Below, in pieces: positions 30,101-39,408 of a DNA stretch of 64,000 nt (position 1 is the stretch's first letter; each line of letters starts with the position of its first letter). The notes under the pieces are model-generated. The model searched no databases. It was not told the DNA's origin and was given only the letters and a program-made list of their open reading frames with translations. The stretch comes from a virus (Duplodnaviria > Caudoviricetes), in the IMG/VR virus record IMGVR_UViG_3300035208_002849, positions 32,001 through 96,000 of that record. One strand, 5' to 3'. The position numbers and the translations under genes are program-made.

Positions 30101-30443
30101 AGAAAGTGTCAGTCTTCAATTCTTGACTTGTTTCATAATCAGGATCGCTATCGTCATCGATGATTTCTTCGCCATATGGACGTACATATTCTACGAATCC
30201 ACCAGCATTGATAACAGCTCTGGCTGCATATAGACCTTGATTGAATTTAGGGTTGTTGTACCCGTTACCTAGAATCGTATCCTGTTCAGCGGTTGAAGTC
30301 AGATCGATGATCTTGTTCAATTCACCTCTAGAAGAATAGCCAACGATACCTGCTGTAATTCTTGGATTAGTAACCAAGTTAACAGCACTTGCATCTCGCA
30401 ATCTGATTCTTACGCCGGGGGCACCTTGTCCAAAAGTTGGCAT
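27186..30443 (-). CDS. Tail sheath protein (gp18-like), enlarged by inserted beta domains
   Basis: APGVRIR.D N-terminus; CEKRKDCFAI, WLPPAG..TGRI, LYDANINP, GQKT, LNRLNV, CDDTNNT and LQPTRTAEFI; late promoter at 30484-30492. Confidence 0.92.
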   Translation of the reverse strand: MPTFGQGAPGVRIRLRDASAVNLVTNPRITAGIVGYSSRGELNKIIDLTSTAEQDTILGNGYNNPKFNQGLYAARAVINAGGFVEYVRPYGEEIIDDDSDPDYETSQELKTDTFLVEYDFSDGAPTSFDISYYAATRYYLDGLATKKGKREILTIAKTLLENTNVDFEIDADAQTDYDSGTDKVALFAIMNSDPTAATRAGDRFVISSIVVNSTIATVTTASPHGFSTGDTVTIAGTVNYNESDVIITVTSTTTFTYTSSATVYGTETTGAVFKNEDTSESGVDYLSIKTVATGKATKKYDYLEIVGGASVITTANDGDTFSVVDASNTEYTLEFDNDSTVTSGNLAVEIVNTTFTSNYATDATIITAASGTGVKFLVGDAVTLTNSIVTPDLPAPLAVGTDYLVSAIDGDDITLVTNDGNATAITLTDDGTGINTIINQTAILRNIASALTTAGYGTTSSAKIVFDGKLVDVTNNLIKLSNGYASKFSINDYVMFSDLETATGREKISDLGLTAGTIYQVASVSIPNDTIGLKDATTGNTISITGVSATNTLYRVLNLTTAKVSLTVNDGNQKLRLDIVGKFNLTVPSATQDAATSFVNTNSLTYLTTANDLEDIATTTDGIVLDDAVGRTFLSLGLAVEDYQDIDFDGDQDRVFTLTADGEAVARIFLIVEYYFGGETYNFSGTIVPYVYNDLNLDIKEQANNVANGWKFVINENISLENAILDPNFDLSQSLYNENIESEFVQVAFNANDPAIVNDVVWEYDPRNNNGSAMLGQAWQLFLNKDEARADMFIAAGTAISNLFVKNMETINYSVMDTMLDICEKRKDCFAIFDGVDEKKIDVALRKMVGIGSQGDISRWGALFDGRSIFFDSVYTKLNVEAVKSIEVAAIITLNRAANVYWLPPAGYETGRIPAALSSRQKYIRTYNYADDPTSDIARLYDANINPTRVNDQGQFIYGQKTMLKRMTALNRLNVIMLVAGIHKRFADFLDRKVFQLNTPALRNGITAELQAQLELIKSANPAGLTEGICICDDTNNTADIIDTNQLIVDIFLQPTRTAEFITLRTTVQRTGDTASIVSAQLIGG

Positions 30444-30622
30444 AATGTTACTCCTATTAAAAAGCTCTTTTTTCTTTACTTATAGTTTATAAGCGTGACA
30501 TTTTTGTTTTGTCGTCTGACAATTTCTAAAAGCCTCCGCTATTGTTAGATGTTTATATTTTGTGCAACAACTTTTTTGAATATTTGCTATCTTTACTCCA
30601 AACCCCTATCATGGAGAATAAA

Positions 30623-31129
30623 ATGAGTAGAACTCGTGGATTTGAAGTAGTATCGAAGTATGCTGATGAAACCGACAAACTGTTGGTCCCCAGACGTGCA
30701 ACAAAGAAATCAGCATGTTATGATGTGTACAATAACTCCGGCGAAGACATTGTGTTACAACCCGGAGATATTTCTGGTGTCATCACAACAAAATTCAAGT
30801 CTTACATGCTGGACGATGAAGTACTTAAAGCATTTGTCCGATCTGGGCATGGATTCAAGTATTCGGTGCGACTGGCCAATTCGACTGGTATCATCGATTC
30901 GGACTACTACAACAATCCCAAAAACGAAGGCGAAATTTTCATCAAGCTTCATAATCAGGGTGATAAAGAACTTGTGATTCCGGTTGGTGAAGCAATGGCT
31001 CAGTTTATGTTCCAGAAATATCTCCTTGCTGATGGAGATTCATTCGAAAACGGTGATGATCGAGACGGTGGAATAGGAGCACCAGTAAGTAAAAACACAA
31101 AAGCCCCGCAACTGGGGCTTTTTTTATAA
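30623..31129 (+). CDS. dut: Trimeric dUTPase (C-terminal motif 5 apparently frameshifted)
   Basis: SACYDV, RSG, GIIDSDYY, AQFMF, RDGGIG motifs; GGAG RBS. Confidence 0.9.
   Translation: MSRTRGFEVVSKYADETDKLLVPRRATKKSACYDVYNNSGEDIVLQPGDISGVITTKFKSYMLDDEVLKAFVRSGHGFKYSVRLANSTGIIDSDYYNNPKNEGEIFIKLHNQGDKELVIPVGEAMAQFMFQKYLLADGDSFENGDDRDGGIGAPVSKNTKAPQLGLFL
31099..31125 (+). terminator. Intrinsic terminator
   Basis: AAAAGCCCC-GCAACT-GGGGCTTTTTTT, abutting the TTATAAACT promoter at 31124-31132. Confidence 0.7.
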
Positions 31130-31159
31130 ACTATAGTAGAAATTAGGTAGAATGTAACT

Positions 31160-31957
31160 ATGGACAAAAGATTATTTCATAACTATTTGAATAACCTGAA
31201 GGATGAACGTCCAGATGACTTCGCATTGATTGAGAGTATTCAAGAGACTTTCGAGAAATCTATTGATACCATTACAGATAGTCAACGCAAAGCTCTTCGT
31301 AATCATCCGATTCAGTTTATTGAACGAATTCCACAAGATGATGGCGGCTGGACAACCAATCTTCATATCTGGGGAGAAAACTGCGTCGAGGAACTCCTTG
31401 AAGTCGATCCAATGATTCTCAGTCACAAAAACGGATACGGTGATACCGTATTGATGTCTATGATCGTCGGTGCCACAGGAGCACATACTGAAACCGTGAA
31501 CCATAAGCTCATACAACGGATTCTGGAAAAGAATATGGAATTCGAAGATATAGAGAAAGTAGATGGTAATGACGAAATTACGTTGAAGAATGTCTTGGAT
31601 ATAACTGATCTGAATGGTCAGTCGATTCTAGACTATCTCATCGATTTCGCATTTGCAACTGGAGCTTATGAAGGTCAGGAACCGGATGAGAAACTTCAGA
31701 TGCTGCTCAGATATTTTGCTGAGATGCATAATGATGAAGGTGAAGAAGATCCTATTGAGAAAGTAATCATCGTTCATGAAGATGAATTAGTGGAACCCCC
31801 AGAATCAGAGGAAACTCCTGAAATCCCCGAATCAACAGAATCCGAAGAAGATGAATTGGAAGAACCTGACGTGGAAATACCAGAAGAGGATACACCAAAT
31901 TCTGAGCACGGTAAACTAAGTCTGGAAAATTTGGATCTGAAGCGATATATCGACTAA
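31160..31957 (+). CDS. Hypothetical late protein with ankyrin-like motifs and acidic tail
   Basis: DDGGWTTNLH, KNGYGDTVLM, DLNGQSILDY. Confidence 0.6.
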   Translation: MDKRLFHNYLNNLKDERPDDFALIESIQETFEKSIDTITDSQRKALRNHPIQFIERIPQDDGGWTTNLHIWGENCVEELLEVDPMILSHKNGYGDTVLMSMIVGATGAHTETVNHKLIQRILEKNMEFEDIEKVDGNDEITLKNVLDITDLNGQSILDYLIDFAFATGAYEGQEPDEKLQMLLRYFAEMHNDEGEEDPIEKVIIVHEDELVEPPESEETPEIPESTESEEDELEEPDVEIPEEDTPNSEHGKLSLENLDLKRYID

Positions 31958-32152
31958 TCAACCCGAAAATTCTTCATCAACAATTGCATCAACTCGTTCT
32001 TGATACTTATCAACCAACCGTTCTTTTTCGGTTCCGATAAATCCAGTGCGTAGATACTTGATATTAAGCCCATTGTCAATCATGACTTGGGCTTTTTCTT
32101 CATCTACGTTGAAATATTTCTGTACAATCTCAATATCAGTCATGTTCATCAA
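31958..32152 (-). CDS. Small hypothetical protein
   Basis: 64-aa ORF abutting the convergent gene. Confidence 0.5.
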   Translation of the reverse strand: MMNMTDIEIVQKYFNVDEEKAQVMIDNGLNIKYLRTGFIGTEKERLVDKYQERVDAIVDEEFSG

Positions 32153-32213
32153 TATATGCTAACATCAATGTGGTATAATAAGGGAATGTGTGCTCCGATT
32201 ATCAATCCCTTTA

Positions 32214-32654
32214 TCATACTTTCTTCCTAGTCACACGGGACTTTCTGAATTTGATAGATTCGGGATCGAATAACCTAGCATATAAATCCTCGACTTCATC
32301 GAGATCAACAGTGCCGAAATGAAGACATGATTCGGCCTCACTATACGACAAGTCGAACACATGCATTACCTTCTCAATAGTTTCTGCTTTTCCCTTAGTA
32401 GTGCCAGCTTTAGCTTTCTTCCAACTTGTATCAATATATTGACCCTTGAAAGACGTGAATGCCAGACACTGAATCTTTTTAGGCAACTTAAAAAACTTCT
32501 CGGTATTTATTGCATCACAATGATTAATAAATTTCCGATCCATAGAGAGTGCCATCTGAGTCATGAACAGATTGAAATCAGCCAAATCTTCTTCGGTTGG
32601 CTCAAATCCTTGTCTAAGCTCTTTGAGGAAATTAAAATGGTTGAAATTACCCAT
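32214..32654 (-). CDS. Clamp loader small subunit (gp62-like)
   Basis: FNLFMTQMALS, CDAIN, WKK and FDLSYSEA pattern; follows gp44. Confidence 0.65.
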   Translation of the reverse strand: MGNFNHFNFLKELRQGFEPTEEDLADFNLFMTQMALSMDRKFINHCDAINTEKFFKLPKKIQCLAFTSFKGQYIDTSWKKAKAGTTKGKAETIEKVMHVFDLSYSEAESCLHFGTVDLDEVEDLYARLFDPESIKFRKSRVTRKKV

Positions 32655-32661
32655 TATCGCC

Positions 32662-33702
32662 TCATTGAGTTTTCATTGTCTGAAGTAACTGCATGGTCTT
32701 GGCAAGGAATCCATTCATATTAATCTCTTGATCCACCGCAGGTGCTGCTGCTCGATATTGGTATTCAGCCAGTAATACAGCGAAATTCAATCGGAGCTGT
32801 GGAGGAAGATTCTCAATGATATAGTCACCGAGTGGTGCGAATACCGACTGATAATCAACAATAGTCCCCGACACGAACTGTCGCATTTCCATGTAATTGA
32901 ATGTTGTCAAATACCCCCAGATCTTTTCGATATGGTCATGGGTTACAAATGTAGGAACACCATCAATGTTTCCTTTATGTTCAAGATAATTAATGAACAT
33001 AGTCTGAATGATGGATCGAAAGTCAGGGTAGTAGTGACGAGCAATTTGTTTCAGAGTCTCATCATTTACGGTTCCGCCTTTCTGAATAACTTCAACATCA
33101 GCGATTTGTTTCATTCGCTTGAACAACTGCTTCTTCAGAGATACATCATCCAAATCATATGCAAACGAAATAGGTGAGCATCTGGAGATGATAGGTTCGG
33201 GAATCTTGTATAGGTTGTTGCAAGTCAGAATGAATCGAAGTGTGCTTTCGGTTGCTTCGATCAGAGAGTTAAGACCATTGTAAAACTTAGCTGGGTCCTG
33301 TGCTTTCGGGCGGTCAGCTTCGTCAATGATAACAAACCGTGCTTTTCCATCCATAGTTTTTTGGGACGCAAATGCACGAATGCTGTCAAATATATCAGCA
33401 TTACATTCAGCCCCAGCGTAGAAATCATAATCAGTATTCAACTGGGTGGGAATTGCACGTGCAGTCGTGGTCTTACCAGTTCCGGGTTTACCCGAATGAA
33501 GAATCATATGAGTGAATTCATTATTTTCCAGTCCATACTCCAACATATTCTTGATATTATCAGGAAGAATAACATCCTGAATAGTCTGTGGTCTCCACCG
33601 AGCAACCCAAGGGGCTTTAACCTGAACAATGCGTTGAGCCTGATCCTTTTGTTTCTCTGCTTCCGCTACGCCTTCGCCGCTAAAAATATCAATTTCAGAC
33701 AT
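32662..33702 (-). CDS. Clamp loader large subunit (gp44/RFC-like AAA+)
   Basis: PWVARWRP, GKPGTGKTT, IIDEAD, FILTCN, SRC, YPDFR. Confidence 0.92.
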   Translation of the reverse strand: MSEIDIFSGEGVAEAEKQKDQAQRIVQVKAPWVARWRPQTIQDVILPDNIKNMLEYGLENNEFTHMILHSGKPGTGKTTTARAIPTQLNTDYDFYAGAECNADIFDSIRAFASQKTMDGKARFVIIDEADRPKAQDPAKFYNGLNSLIEATESTLRFILTCNNLYKIPEPIISRCSPISFAYDLDDVSLKKQLFKRMKQIADVEVIQKGGTVNDETLKQIARHYYPDFRSIIQTMFINYLEHKGNIDGVPTFVTHDHIEKIWGYLTTFNYMEMRQFVSGTIVDYQSVFAPLGDYIIENLPPQLRLNFAVLLAEYQYRAAAPAVDQEINMNGFLAKTMQLLQTMKTQ

Positions 33703-33775
33703 GTAAACCTCGTATTTGTGAGTAAAGATAGCAACTTATCCAGATTTTTGTGAAGAAATCTTATAAACTCTAGGT

Positions 33776-34174
33776 ATGGATAAATTCATTACATTTTTAA
33801 ATTCATTGGACGACCAAACCAATTCCGATCTGTTATCGGCAATCAAACGTGGGTATGATCTTATCGAATCTTTAAGCACTGACGATGCCAATAATAAACC
33901 ATTTGGATTGAATGTAACTCATATCAAGCCAGCTAGTATAGTGAACTATCTCCAGAATAAAGACAATGAATATTTTCCACAAACACTCGGTGAGCGAAAA
34001 ATACAGCAGATTGAAAAAGCATATATTGGTAAGCGAATGGCTCAGTTTCCTTCTGCTGGTAGAACTGCACTCGGTAGCGATTCTCTAAAAAAGGATCAAT
34101 CCACATATAATGTGAATGGTGTAGGTGGTGATTATGCAGGTGGGGGAACTGGATACAATCTAGGTGCTCCATAA
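33776..34174 (+). CDS. Hypothetical late protein
   Basis: TTATAAACT at 33761-33769; shared N-terminal motif. Confidence 0.7.
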   Translation: MDKFITFLNSLDDQTNSDLLSAIKRGYDLIESLSTDDANNKPFGLNVTHIKPASIVNYLQNKDNEYFPQTLGERKIQQIEKAYIGKRMAQFPSAGRTALGSDSLKKDQSTYNVNGVGGDYAGGGTGYNLGAP

Positions 34175-34326
34175 TGAAAATCGATTACACTAATCCGCTG
34201 TATTACTATTACGAATCCCCAATCCGAACCTCATATACTCCGAAACCAACTGTAAAACAGGCTACACAGGAATATAGAAAAGTCGAATCAGTTGAAAAGG
34301 GAAAGCATATCGATCAATATGCTTAA
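34174..34326 (+). CDS. Small hypothetical protein (50 aa)
   Basis: Translated by hand (MKIDYTNPLYYYY...KGKHIDQYA); TAATG coupling. Confidence 0.5.
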   Translation: MKIDYTNPLYYYYESPIRTSYTPKPTVKQATQEYRKVESVEKGKHIDQYA

Positions 34327-34524
34327 CCCCCAACCAGATCAAATAATTTCCATATCGTCAGAAATGCGATTGTACCTATTAACAACACCTTAATAGCATT
34401 AACGAAAAATACATAAATTTCCAAAATGATAAATGGATTTATGATAGTTCCCAATATTCACCCATTTCATCCCCGGAGAGTTCAGCGTATTCTTCGAGGA
34501 ATTCAATCTTTTTGTCCATGTTCA

Positions 34525-37383
34525 TTATAGAAACTCGATTAGATTATCTGTTTCATCCGCTTCTAGGTTTTTACCCCATCCGATAGCAATGAAAATTTTG
34601 TCCATTGTTTGAGCAAATGTTTTTGTCCATTGCTCGTCCCAGTTCGGATTAAATATCTCAAGCAGTCGGTCAGGGCATTTATCCCCAACGTATGCAATAC
34701 TCTTAATACCGAATTTATTAGATCCGACCTTAATGAACTTCACCTTTGAAGCCTCGAAAATAGGTTCGAGTGGCATCTCCGATAGAATTTCATCATTTTC
34801 AATCAGGTAATTCCATACTGAACTTGATCGAAGTCTCCAGTCAACTGCTTTTTTATCCTCAGCACTCCAATTCACGTACTCGACCCACTTAGGCGGATCT
34901 TTTTTCACACCGGATGGAATCGATATTTCATATATCTTACCATCATTAACGTAATCAAAAAATTCTTTCTTGATTTTCAAATACTCTTTTCGAATGTATC
35001 CCTTATTACGGTTCTCAAACATTTTATTGATGAGACCCAAAATACGTTCACGTGCGAATGGAGTAGTCGAACTACGAACGATTTCCATACCAGTAATTGC
35101 AAATTTTGCATGCAATTCATAGATATCTTGCTCGGCCTTTTTCTTATCGAAATATTTGGCATCTTCGTTACTTTCTACACGACAGATATATTTCTTCTTT
35201 GCCGTAACAATGGCCTGATGAATGCACTTCTCACGTTTCAAGAAGATAGTATTCTCGTAATAATTCCAACGATTGGCATAGTTCTCCATGATGCCAGCAA
35301 GCACATCTTCCATTAATCCAGCATCTAACACACGACAGAAATCAGTTAGTAGATAGCGATTGTAGATGATACGATATGACTTATCACCGAATATAATACC
35401 TTCTGCAAATGCTCGTTTTTTCTTACTTACACTCATCTTCTTCCAGTCAGATACGTAAGTAGTGCAAGCAGCATTGAATGCTTTTTTAGCCTCGGTCTCA
35501 CCGTTAGCCAATCCGAATTTTTCGGAGGATATTAGTTGGTTACCATCAAATACAAGCACTTCAACTTCGTTACCAACCTTTGGTTCGAAATCACTGTAAA
35601 AGTCAGTGTACTTAACGAAGAATGAGTCAGTGTCACCATGAGAAATACGATGATATGACAGTCCATCAACTCCTTCAAATGTTCCTAGAAGTTTTTCGTC
35701 AATGGTAGGTTTCTGACCAAATAATATCTCAAATCGTGGATCATCACGGAAATATTTCTCAAAATATTCACACAGCTCTTTAATAGTCGATTGAATCAAT
35801 TCTCGACCGAATGCAGTAATGGTAGCACTATTGTCAATATCATACAACTGGAAGAATGGGTTACCCAACAAACCATACAGAGAGTTACCTAGAATCTTAT
35901 AGGTTTTCTGCTTCATGTCATAGTAGTCAGCCAGAGCCTGATCACCAGCTTTGAGTGCTTCTTTCATCTTCTTCTTAAGGTCACTACGACCATCGAACAA
36001 GATTTTAACAACCTGAGGTACGATACCAACAATGTCCTTTCGATAGAACACCTGTCGTTTACCATTAGCTGTCCAAGGGCTTCTCACGAGTTTTGCGAGT
36101 GCCTCTGGTGGTACTATTTCATCAATACCATATGTAACCTTGGTCTCAGGGCTAATGTTAGCACCCATCATAATAGACGGATACATAGAGCGATAGTCGT
36201 ATGACACCAATTTATCATAATACCCCGGAGTAGAATATACATACGCACCGGGGAACCACTCACGTTCATTTTCACGAAGAGGAGGGAGAGTTAGGTTATG
36301 TTGATGCAAATAATTGAGCAAGAATCCGACAAGCATTTTCTTGGCTTCAAATATTGCGGAAAATGGAACACGAGCTTCAGAACAAGCAGTCACAGTAGTT
36401 TCGAACATGCGACAATGTTCTTCGATTCGTTTCATCAAGCGAACGTCCTGAAAGTTATACAGAACGAATTCATCCCAATATTTAACCCATGACATGTAGC
36501 CATCAGGAAGCGGGGCCTTACGTTCGCCTACTTCAACTTCACCGATAGTATCAAGTTTAAAGTTATCACGTTCAGAGAAAGTATACTTACGATATAACTT
36601 CAAAAAGTCAATAACTTCAGTTCCACCAATCTTCAATGCGTTATCACGCTTGCTGATGTAAGCACATTTATGAGATCCGGGGAGGCGGCTCATTCTTCTG
36701 ATATCAACTTCGAGTTTCTGTGCTCGATTTACCAGATAAGGAAAGTCGTAAAAATCCGAGTTCCATCCAGTGATAATATCAACTTGATTTTCACCAATTA
36801 ACATGAACAACTTGGTGAGCAAATCCACTTCAGTCGGACAATTGATATATGCACAATTTTCATCCGCTAGTTTCTTAGCGGTATCTTCTCTAATTTCACG
36901 ATTAAGGCCAAGGGTATAATAGATATCTTCCTTGGAGAAATACACAGTAACACAGTTTACAGGATAGTCGGCACGTTCGGCGGTTGGAAACCGACCTTTG
37001 GTGGCGACCTCAATATCAAGAAAGCAGATATTGATATCCTTGAAATTGAATCGAATATCACCTTGATCTTCATATTGATGCTGAAGCCAACGAGTACGGA
37101 AATCAACGTCACATTCAGCCAACTTATTGTATCGACCGGAATGCTGGTTCTTGATGTCCTGTTCTTCTTTCCCACTTACAATGACTTCATACATGTCATT
37201 GCCATATATGTCCTTCATACCACAAGGATATGAACCATACTGGTTTCTGTCGGGAGTAAAGAATCTATGCTTTACTGGATATTTGTATCTCTTACCGTCT
37301 GTGTACCATACAAATACATGACCTGAATTCTGGTCATGGTGAATGGCCGACCACATCGGTTTAACTGGTTGGGTTTCAGGCAC
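34525..37383 (-). CDS. Family B DNA polymerase (gp43-like)
   Basis: Exo DIEV, GWNSDFYDFPY, YNFQDV; Pol DYRSMYPS, KILGNSLYG, GDTDS, KKKY. Confidence 0.95.
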   Translation of the reverse strand: MPETQPVKPMWSAIHHDQNSGHVFVWYTDGKRYKYPVKHRFFTPDRNQYGSYPCGMKDIYGNDMYEVIVSGKEEQDIKNQHSGRYNKLAECDVDFRTRWLQHQYEDQGDIRFNFKDINICFLDIEVATKGRFPTAERADYPVNCVTVYFSKEDIYYTLGLNREIREDTAKKLADENCAYINCPTEVDLLTKLFMLIGENQVDIITGWNSDFYDFPYLVNRAQKLEVDIRRMSRLPGSHKCAYISKRDNALKIGGTEVIDFLKLYRKYTFSERDNFKLDTIGEVEVGERKAPLPDGYMSWVKYWDEFVLYNFQDVRLMKRIEEHCRMFETTVTACSEARVPFSAIFEAKKMLVGFLLNYLHQHNLTLPPLRENEREWFPGAYVYSTPGYYDKLVSYDYRSMYPSIMMGANISPETKVTYGIDEIVPPEALAKLVRSPWTANGKRQVFYRKDIVGIVPQVVKILFDGRSDLKKKMKEALKAGDQALADYYDMKQKTYKILGNSLYGLLGNPFFQLYDIDNSATITAFGRELIQSTIKELCEYFEKYFRDDPRFEILFGQKPTIDEKLLGTFEGVDGLSYHRISHGDTDSFFVKYTDFYSDFEPKVGNEVEVLVFDGNQLISSEKFGLANGETEAKKAFNAACTTYVSDWKKMSVSKKKRAFAEGIIFGDKSYRIIYNRYLLTDFCRVLDAGLMEDVLAGIMENYANRWNYYENTIFLKREKCIHQAIVTAKKKYICRVESNEDAKYFDKKKAEQDIYELHAKFAITGMEIVRSSTTPFARERILGLINKMFENRNKGYIRKEYLKIKKEFFDYVNDGKIYEISIPSGVKKDPPKWVEYVNWSAEDKKAVDWRLRSSSVWNYLIENDEILSEMPLEPIFEASKVKFIKVGSNKFGIKSIAYVGDKCPDRLLEIFNPNWDEQWTKTFAQTMDKIFIAIGWGKNLEADETDNLIEFL

Positions 37384-37488
37384 TAAAATAACTCCGTAAT
37401 CTACATAGAGAAATATAGCAATAAATGAAAAAAACGACCTAAGAAAATCTTAGGCCGTTGGCGATTTGATAGTATATGTTTTATTTTG

Positions 37489-38196
37489 TTAAATCAAAGG
37501 CTTGATTGTAACATTGAATGCTTCAATAATACCATTAATGTACTTGGCATTCTCATCGGTCTTGAGAGATTCGATGAAGCCGATGTACTTATCAGCATTT
37601 TCCTTGAGCACAGATTTGGCTTCAGCCTTTTCCTGTTTCTTGGAGTTTTCTTCCCATTCCTTGTTGTCATCAGCGTCTTTCTGCATTTCTTTCATGCTGC
37701 TTTCAGCTTGCTTTTCAACGCTCTTATCGGACTTGTGTTCAGTAACAACGTGTTCGGAATTGGTGTTAGCTGCATCAAGTTCAGTACTGTCTTTAGAGTC
37801 AGTCTTTGCTTTCACAAATTCTTTCTGCTTAACAGGCTGTGCTTTCAGGAACTTCTCAGCGGAGTCTACTCCGGAAGAAGGATTTGCAGCCGCTTCATTA
37901 ATTGGTTGAGTTTTCATCTCTTTCTCCTTTTTATCGCTTTCGATTTTTGGTTTTGCGGATTCTGTAATACCCAAAGCTCCGTTAATAGTTCTTTCCAAAT
38001 CGGCAAAGTCGAGGCGATCATTTACATCGTTGCCTCTACTAAGAATACCTTCAACTTCTTCACGTGATTCCATGATTGCACTTTCATTAATGCACTGGGT
38101 TACTGCATTATATGCGGAATCATCAACTGTGCCCTCAGTGATTCGTTCGAATACCTTGGCATCTCTCATCAATTTATCTAGATCTAACATATCCAT
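37489..38196 (-). CDS. Hypothetical late protein, possible head core/internal protein
   Basis: Late promoter 38239-38247; charged; repeated I/L-x-E sites. Confidence 0.65.
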   Translation of the reverse strand: MDMLDLDKLMRDAKVFERITEGTVDDSAYNAVTQCINESAIMESREEVEGILSRGNDVNDRLDFADLERTINGALGITESAKPKIESDKKEKEMKTQPINEAAANPSSGVDSAEKFLKAQPVKQKEFVKAKTDSKDSTELDAANTNSEHVVTEHKSDKSVEKQAESSMKEMQKDADDNKEWEENSKKQEKAEAKSVLKENADKYIGFIESLKTDENAKYINGIIEAFNVTIKPLI

Positions 38197-38238
38197 CTTT
38201 CTAGCCTCTCAAGTTCATTATGGACTTGCTTTACTTTT

Positions 38239-38268
38239 AGTTTATAAAACTAAGGAAAATTATAAACT
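38239..38268. promoter_or_regulatory. Divergent pair of TTATAAACT late promoters
   Basis: AGTTTATAA at 38239-38247 and TTATAAACT at 38260-38268. Confidence 0.7.
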
Positions 38269-38293
38269 TTTAGTAATTGAATAGGTATTGGAT

Positions 38294-38800
38294 ATGCAAG
38301 TAGTACACACATCATATATTAAAAGACTGGCCGACAAGACTGGAAAAACCTACCGTGAACTCGAAACATTGTGGAAAAAAATGGAACGAGAGGTAGATAA
38401 CGAACGAATGTTCGATCCCAACAAATTCAGCCATCTCAGATCACGAGACGGTTCCATTGCACAAGAGATCGCTAGACGTTTCGAAGAACAGGTTATTAAC
38501 CCAATAGGGGCTAAATCTGAAGAAGTTCAGGAAAATGTGGTAGCCGAAGAGAATGAAGAATTTGCACAGGATATTGAGACTAGTATGGAACAAGATCTCG
38601 ATGCTGAAGCAAATGAAGTAGAATCCGAACTAGAAACTGAACTAGAAGAACCAGCAGGGGAAGTTGATTTCGGAGATGCTGAGATCAATCTAGATGATTT
38701 CGAAGATTTGGAGCCAGTCGAAGAAACGGCTCCTGCGGAAACATCCGAGGAGCCTGAAGTCGAATCTGAAGTTAAAGAAGAAACCGAGGAACCTGCTTAG
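38294..38800 (+). CDS. Hypothetical late protein with very acidic C-terminus
   Basis: YIKRLADKTGKTYRELETLW helical N-terminus; late promoter upstream. Confidence 0.7.
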   Translation: MQVVHTSYIKRLADKTGKTYRELETLWKKMEREVDNERMFDPNKFSHLRSRDGSIAQEIARRFEEQVINPIGAKSEEVQENVVAEENEEFAQDIETSMEQDLDAEANEVESELETELEEPAGEVDFGDAEINLDDFEDLEPVEETAPAETSEEPEVESEVKEETEEPA

Positions 38801-39408
38801 ATACAATCTCTAAGTGAGGGTCCTTTATCTGTATAATTCCGAATACTATTTAGTACCCATTGGACTCTAGCGTTAAGATCGGATACCTCGATGATTTCGA
38901 ACTGTCGAGGTTGGAACATCTTAAATAGAGACTTGGTGAATGCATCTGCTTCAACACGCCATTTCTTGTCCTTTACACACTCGTCTCGGACATCATCGAT
39001 AACCACTGGAATACCATCTTCAGGAAGATGGAAAATGATATCGTATGGGTTACTGGCGGTTATACGAGAAATCTTCTTAAATACATCAGACATGACCATT
39101 TGGTCTTTCGGAGATCCGGTATTTAATTCAGTAGCATATAAGAACGCCAATTGAATAGGACTATCAGCCAAAAGAACATCAACCTTACTAGGATCGATCA
39201 AATCTTCCCACTCTTGTTGAATATCAACAAGGCGATATTCTTCCCAGATACTTTGAGTAGGGCCATACTTTCTAATGTATGAACGAGCATACTCAGATAT
39301 CAATTCCACCTTACTGAAATCATTGGACTGCTTAAGAGCCAGATTCACAGCCTGTGTGAGAGTTGTTTTACCAGTGGACGGTAACCCAGAAAATCCTACT
39401 CTAATCAT
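38797..39408 (-). CDS. NadR-type/AAA_28 P-loop kinase
   Basis: GLPSTGKTT, SEYARSY, LADSP, YDIIFHL, DDVR. Confidence 0.75.
   Translation of the reverse strand: MIRVGFSGLPSTGKTTLTQAVNLALKQSNDFSKVELISEYARSYIRKYGPTQSIWEEYRLVDIQQEWEDLIDPSKVDVLLADSPIQLAFLYATELNTGSPKDQMVMSDVFKKISRITASNPYDIIFHLPEDGIPVVIDDVRDECVKDKKWRVEADAFTKSLFKMFQPRQFEIIEVSDLNARVQWVLNSIRNYTDKGPSLRDCI

Noticed and set aside
34323-34525. Single small gene downstream of the polymerase
   Set aside because: Translates as a 28-aa peptide plus a separate-frame hydrophobic stretch; could not be supported
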